Positions 59,865 to 64,000 of a DNA stretch of 64,000 nt are shown piece by piece. How positions within the stretch are numbered: position 1 is the stretch's first letter; the number at the start of each line of letters is the position of its first letter. The stretch comes from an uncultured Acidobacteriota bacterium (lineage in GTDB: Bacteria > Acidobacteriota > Thermoanaerobaculia > Multivoradales > SZUA-115). Where the stretch lies: contig CAWDVR010000005.1 in NCBI GenBank assembly GCA_963805975.1, positions 640,001 to 704,000 of the forward strand. Direction: 5' to 3'. The translations under genes were made by a program, and so were the position numbers. The notes under the pieces were generated by a model, which did not search any database, had not been told where the DNA came from, and saw only the letters and a list, made by a program, of their open reading frames with translations.

Positions 59865-60653
59865 TTGAGCCCCCGTCGCGCTGTCCCGGCCGCGCCTCCT
59901 CCGGCGGTCGTCCTGGTGCGACCGCAGGAGGAGGGGAACGTCGGGGCCGTGGCACGCGCCATGGCCAACATGGGCCTCGACCGGCTGCTGCTGGTGGAGC
60001 CTGCCGTGGCGCTCGGCGGAACGGCCCGCGCCCGGGCGGTCAAGGCGAAAGGCATCCTCGCCGGCGCCGAGCGGTTCGCCTCGCTCGCCGACGCCGTGCG
60101 GCCCTTCCGGCGGGTGGTCGGCACCACGGCCAGCCGCGGGCGCCGGCTGCCGGTCACCCCCCTCTCCCCGCGCCAGCTCGCCGCGACGATCGCCGCCGAG
60201 CCGGCAGTAGAAACTGCTCTGGTCTTCGGCCCCGAGACCAGCGGCCTGACGCTCGAGGAGCTGGCCCTCTGCGGCGCCGTGGTACGGGTGCCCACCGCGG
60301 CACGGCACCCGACGCTCAACCTGAGCCAGGCGGTGCTGGTGATCTGCTACGAGCTCTTCCTGGCCCGCCGTCCGGCCACGCCGGAAGCCGGCGCCGAGCC
60401 GCCGGCCCCCGTGGATCAGGTGGAGGGCCTCTTCCAGCAGATCGAGCCGCTGCTCGCCGCCGTGGGCTTTGCACGCGACGAGAGCTTTGGAGGGGTGCTG
60501 CGCGATCTGCGGCGGTTGGCAGCGCGAGGCCAGCTCACGGCGCGGGAGGTGGCGATCCTGCGCGGCATCTGCCGCCGCACCCAGGCACGACTGAATCGCG
60601 GGCCGGCCGGCGATCTGCTGCAGCAACCTCCTCCGCGGACCGGGGTCTGTTGA
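59865..60653 (+). CDS. trmJ: TrmJ/LasT-family SPOUT tRNA methyltransferase
   Basis: GNVGAVARAMANMG, FGPETSGL and LNLSQAV. Confidence 0.88.
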   Translation: MSPRRAVPAAPPPAVVLVRPQEEGNVGAVARAMANMGLDRLLLVEPAVALGGTARARAVKAKGILAGAERFASLADAVRPFRRVVGTTASRGRRLPVTPLSPRQLAATIAAEPAVETALVFGPETSGLTLEELALCGAVVRVPTAARHPTLNLSQAVLVICYELFLARRPATPEAGAEPPAPVDQVEGLFQQIEPLLAAVGFARDESFGGVLRDLRRLAARGQLTAREVAILRGICRRTQARLNRGPAGDLLQQPPPRTGVC

Positions 60654-60803
60654 CCCGGGGTCCGTGGGCCGTCACATTTCTGCCCCAGGAACCTCGAACT
60701 TCTGCCGTCCCCGCGTCGTACATAGAGACATCGGTCTTTTTCACCCCGGGGAATAAAGGCCGCCCTTTGAGCCTTTCACCATGCAAGAGCAAGAGGAAAG
60801 CCG

Positions 60804-61649
60804 ATGGAAGACAGGACCCGCGCCACGCTGAAGAAGAGCCTGCCGCCGTTGGTTCTGGCCGGTGCGCTGGCCGCGCTGGAGCTCGCCCGGCGCTGGTTCC
60901 AGCGCCGCAAGGTGTTCCGGCCGGAGAGCTTCCCCGAAGGCGTGGGCGACCCGCGCGAGATGGGGCTCGAGGCCGAGGACGAGTGGTTCTCGACCAGCGA
61001 CGGAGTTCGGCTCCACGGCTGGTGGATGCCGAAGCCGGACGCCGCGGGGACCTTGCTCTTCTGCCACGGCCACTCGGGAAGCCTGGGCCACCGCGTGGAC
61101 CTCTTCCGCGAGCTGCTGCGGTTGCCGCTCAACGTCTTCGCCTTCGACTACCGCGGCTACGGCAGGAGCGGCGGCGCGCCGAGCGAGCAGGGCCTGTTCC
61201 GCGACGTTCGGGCCGCTTACGACCACCTGACCTCGCGCCTCGGCGAGGTGGCCGAGCGCATCGTGCTCTTCGGCCAGTCGCTGGGCGGCGCGGTGGCGAT
61301 CGACGGCGCGCTGCACCGCCCGGTGGCCGGGCTGGTGGTGCAGTCGAGCTTCGTCGATCTCAAGGCCATGGCCCGCAACCGCTCCTCGCGGCTGCCGCTC
61401 CACTGGATCGCCTCCAACCAGTTCCGCAACCTGGAGAAGGTGCGCCAGCTCCGGGTGCCGAAGCTCTTCATCCATGGTACGGGAGACTCGACCATCCCCT
61501 ACGCGCACGGCGAGACGCTCTTCGAGCAGGCATCGCAGCCGAAGCAGCTCTTCGCGGTGATCGGTGCCGGCCACCACGACGTCCACACCCAGGGCGGCGA
61601 GCCCTACTTCCGGCGGCTGTCGAGCTTCGTCTCGAGCTGCCTCGGCTGA
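60804..61649 (+). CDS. Alpha/beta hydrolase
   Basis: FCHG, FDYRGYG, GQSLGG, HGTGD and GAGH. Confidence 0.92.
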   Translation: MEDRTRATLKKSLPPLVLAGALAALELARRWFQRRKVFRPESFPEGVGDPREMGLEAEDEWFSTSDGVRLHGWWMPKPDAAGTLLFCHGHSGSLGHRVDLFRELLRLPLNVFAFDYRGYGRSGGAPSEQGLFRDVRAAYDHLTSRLGEVAERIVLFGQSLGGAVAIDGALHRPVAGLVVQSSFVDLKAMARNRSSRLPLHWIASNQFRNLEKVRQLRVPKLFIHGTGDSTIPYAHGETLFEQASQPKQLFAVIGAGHHDVHTQGGEPYFRRLSSFVSSCLG

Positions 61650-61682
61650 AGGATCGCTGCCTCGCGGGCTAGACTCCCCGCG

Positions 61683-62426
61683 ATGCTCACCTTCCCCAAC
61701 GAAGACCCGGCGCGGGTCGCCGGTGATCTCGGCGACGGGCGGATCCACCTCTGGGTGGCAAGGCTCGACCCACCGGCCGAGCGCGTGGCCCACCTCCTCT
61801 CGTTTCTCGATCCAGAGGAAAAAACAAGGGCGGCGCGCTTCCGCTTCGACCTACATCGCCGCCGCTTCACCGTGGGCCGCGGCTTCCAGCGCGCCGTCCT
61901 CGGCGCCTATCTCGGCCGGGACCCGGCCGCTCTCCGTTACGCCTACGGGTTCAAGGGCAAGCCCGCGCTCGCCCCGGAGGCCGGCCTGGGGAACCTGCAC
62001 TTCAACCTCTCCAACTCGGAAGAGCTGGCGATCCTCGGTGTCGTCCGCGGGCGCGAGATCGGTGTCGACGTGGAGCATCTGCGCCCGCTCTCCGACCTCG
62101 AAGAGCTGGCCTCACGGTTTTTCTCGAGCGGCGAGAGCCGGACCTTGCTCGACCTGCCCGTGGAGCTGCGCGGCGAAGGCTTCTTCAACTGCTGGACGCG
62201 CAAGGAGGCCTATCTCAAAGCCGTGGGTGAAGGCATCACCGCGCCCCTCAACCGCTTCGACGTGACGCTCGTGCCGGGCGAGCCGGCGCGCATGCTCGCC
62301 CTCGAGGGCGACGAGCAACGGGCGTCGGCCTGGACCTTCCTCCACCTGCGGCCGGCCGAGGGCTACCTGGGCGCGGTGGCCATCGAGGACCAGGCGCCGG
62401 AGCTCTCGGCCTGGAGCTGGGAGTAG
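61683..62426 (+). CDS. Sfp-type 4'-phosphopantetheinyl transferase
   Basis: GKP, FNLSNS, IGVDVE and WTRKEAYLKA. Confidence 0.93.
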   Translation: MLTFPNEDPARVAGDLGDGRIHLWVARLDPPAERVAHLLSFLDPEEKTRAARFRFDLHRRRFTVGRGFQRAVLGAYLGRDPAALRYAYGFKGKPALAPEAGLGNLHFNLSNSEELAILGVVRGREIGVDVEHLRPLSDLEELASRFFSSGESRTLLDLPVELRGEGFFNCWTRKEAYLKAVGEGITAPLNRFDVTLVPGEPARMLALEGDEQRASAWTFLHLRPAEGYLGAVAIEDQAPELSAWSWE

Positions 62427-62430
62427 TGGG

Positions 62431-63708
62431 TTGAGGGTCTGCTTTTCGAACCTCGGTTGCAAGCTGAACCTCGCCGAGGTGGAGCGCATGGCGCGCGAGT
62501 TCCGGAGCGCCGGCCACGTGGTGGTGGCGGGGCTCGAAGAGGCCGACCTCCACGTCGTCAACACCTGCACCGTCACCGGCGAGGCGGCTCGGGCCTCGCG
62601 CCAGCTCGCCCGCCGCGGCCGGCGCCTGCAGCCGGGGTTGCGCACCGTGGTGACCGGCTGCTACGCCACGGCCTCTCCCGCCGAGGCGGCAGAGCTCGAG
62701 GGCGTGGACCTCGTGGTGCCGAACACCGAGAAGGAGCGGCTGCTGGCGCTCGTTCACGAGGCTTTCGCCACGGATCTCGTACCACTGCCGCCGGTGCTGC
62801 CCACTCCCTGTTTCTCGCTGGATCCCGGGCATGCACGGGCGACGGTGAAGATCGGCGACGGCTGCGACATGCGCTGCGCCTTCTGCATCATCCCGGCGAC
62901 CCGCGGCCGGCAGCGCAGCCGGCCGCTCGCCGAGGTGGTGGCCGAGGTGGCCGGGCTCTCGGAGGCCGGCTTCCGCGAGGTGGTGCTCACCGGCGTCCAG
63001 ATCTCGGACTACGCCGACGGCGAGGCGACGCTCTACGAGCTGGCGTCGGCGGTCCTCTCCTCGACCGGGGTCGAGCGCCTGCGGCTGACCTCGATCGCGC
63101 CCTGGGGCTTCGACGATCGCCTGCTGGGCCTCTTCGCCGACCGCCGCCTCTGCCGTCACCTGCACCTCTCGCTCCAGAGCGGTTGCACCGCCACTCTCCG
63201 CCGCATGCGCCGCCCGTACTCGGCGCCGGCGTTCGCGGCGCTCCAGGCGAGGATCGAGGACGCGGCACCCGGCATCGCCATCACCACCGACGTGATCGTG
63301 GGCTTTCCGGGCGAGAGCGACGAGGAGCACGAGGCGTCGAGGAGGTTCGTCGAGGCGGCGGGTTTCGCCCGCGTCCACCTCTTCCCGTACTCGCCCCGGC
63401 CCGGGACCGCCGCCGCCACGCTGCCGGGCCAGGTTCCCGGCGACGTGAAGCGCCGCCGCATGGCCGCGCTGCAACAGGTGGCCGCCGGCGCCGAGCGCCG
63501 CTTCGCCGAGCGCCACCTCGGCTGGACCGTCGAGGTGCTCTGGGAGACCCGCCACGACGGACTCTGGCAGGGCCTGACCGACAATTACCTCCGAGTTTTC
63601 ACCCCGGCCGAGGGCGAGCTGCGGAACACCATGTCGGCGGTGCGGGTGGTGGGGGTGCGGGAGGGTGGGGTGGAGGCGAGAATCAGCAGCCCGCATGACT
63701 TCATCTAG
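62431..63708 (+). CDS. mtaB: tRNA t6A37 methylthiotransferase (radical SAM)
   Basis: LGCKLN, NTCTVT, GCYA, CDMRCAFC, VGFPGE and YSPRPGT. Confidence 0.9.
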   Translation: MRVCFSNLGCKLNLAEVERMAREFRSAGHVVVAGLEEADLHVVNTCTVTGEAARASRQLARRGRRLQPGLRTVVTGCYATASPAEAAELEGVDLVVPNTEKERLLALVHEAFATDLVPLPPVLPTPCFSLDPGHARATVKIGDGCDMRCAFCIIPATRGRQRSRPLAEVVAEVAGLSEAGFREVVLTGVQISDYADGEATLYELASAVLSSTGVERLRLTSIAPWGFDDRLLGLFADRRLCRHLHLSLQSGCTATLRRMRRPYSAPAFAALQARIEDAAPGIAITTDVIVGFPGESDEEHEASRRFVEAAGFARVHLFPYSPRPGTAAATLPGQVPGDVKRRRMAALQQVAAGAERRFAERHLGWTVEVLWETRHDGLWQGLTDNYLRVFTPAEGELRNTMSAVRVVGVREGGVEARISSPHDFI

Positions 63709-64000
63709 GGGGTTCTGATCTTGGCCTCGCCCTCCGGCCATACTCGATGGAAGTGGGCTGGGTTGAGAGTCAGGAGCAGATCAACCTCCTCGATCCTGGC
63801 AGCCTGCGCCAGCAGACCGTCGTAGACACTCCCTCCAGAGATGCCGAGATCGGCAAGGCCCCTCAGGAGCGACGTGTAGTCCGCCGCAGAGAGCGTCACG
63901 ACGCGGGCGTGTCCGAGAACGTTCGCTTCCAGGAGCTGAAGGGCCTGCTGTGGCGAGAGGCGGGGGCGCACTGGCAGGCTGCTCAAGACTGAAAAGCACT
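63705..64000 (-). CDS. PIN-domain (VapC-like) protein; 5' end lies outside the window
   Basis: GGSVYDGLLAQAA...LLTLNPAHF. Confidence 0.8.
   Translation of the reverse strand, partial: CFSVLSSLPVRPRLSPQQALQLLEANVLGHARVVTLSAADYTSLLRGLADLGISGGSVYDGLLAQAARIEEVDLLLTLNPAHFHRVWPEGEAKIRTP

Noticed and set aside
61683-62426. Sfp PPTase as a sign of an NRPS/PKS cluster
   Set aside because: No carrier-protein or synthase genes are in the window.

Overview
GC-rich bacterial chromosome window, probably Acidobacteriota (Thermoanaerobaculia-like). This host call is inferred from GWxTD-like/VWA paralogs and an IFxDGFExG C-terminal motif. About 1-15,549 is a genomic island abutting the 3' end of a minus-strand tRNA-Ala(GGC) at 15,550-15,625. 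It carries a serine recombinase (cut by the window edge), an apparently dead TOPRIM primase-like protein, a P-loop ATPase, XRE regulators, a small RuvC-like protein and a large secreted metalloprotease cargo. It also has two VirD4/TrwB(HerA)-like ATPases, one fused to a PD-(D/E)XK-like domain and an excisionase-like HTH. No relaxase or T4SS channel is visible. Most island genes are frameshifted, probably by consensus errors, so their products are hand reconstructions. The rest (15.7-64 kb) is mostly core genome: rpmE, prfA, prmC, murA, rsmI, mnmA, a cysteine desulfurase, xseAB, maf and mtaB. It also has a sigma54 two-component system, four paralogous secreted GWxTD-like/Ig-like/VWA proteins, a STAND-TPR protein, a toxin-antitoxin cluster and REP-like palindromes. 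All calls come from reading motifs by eye; no database search was run.
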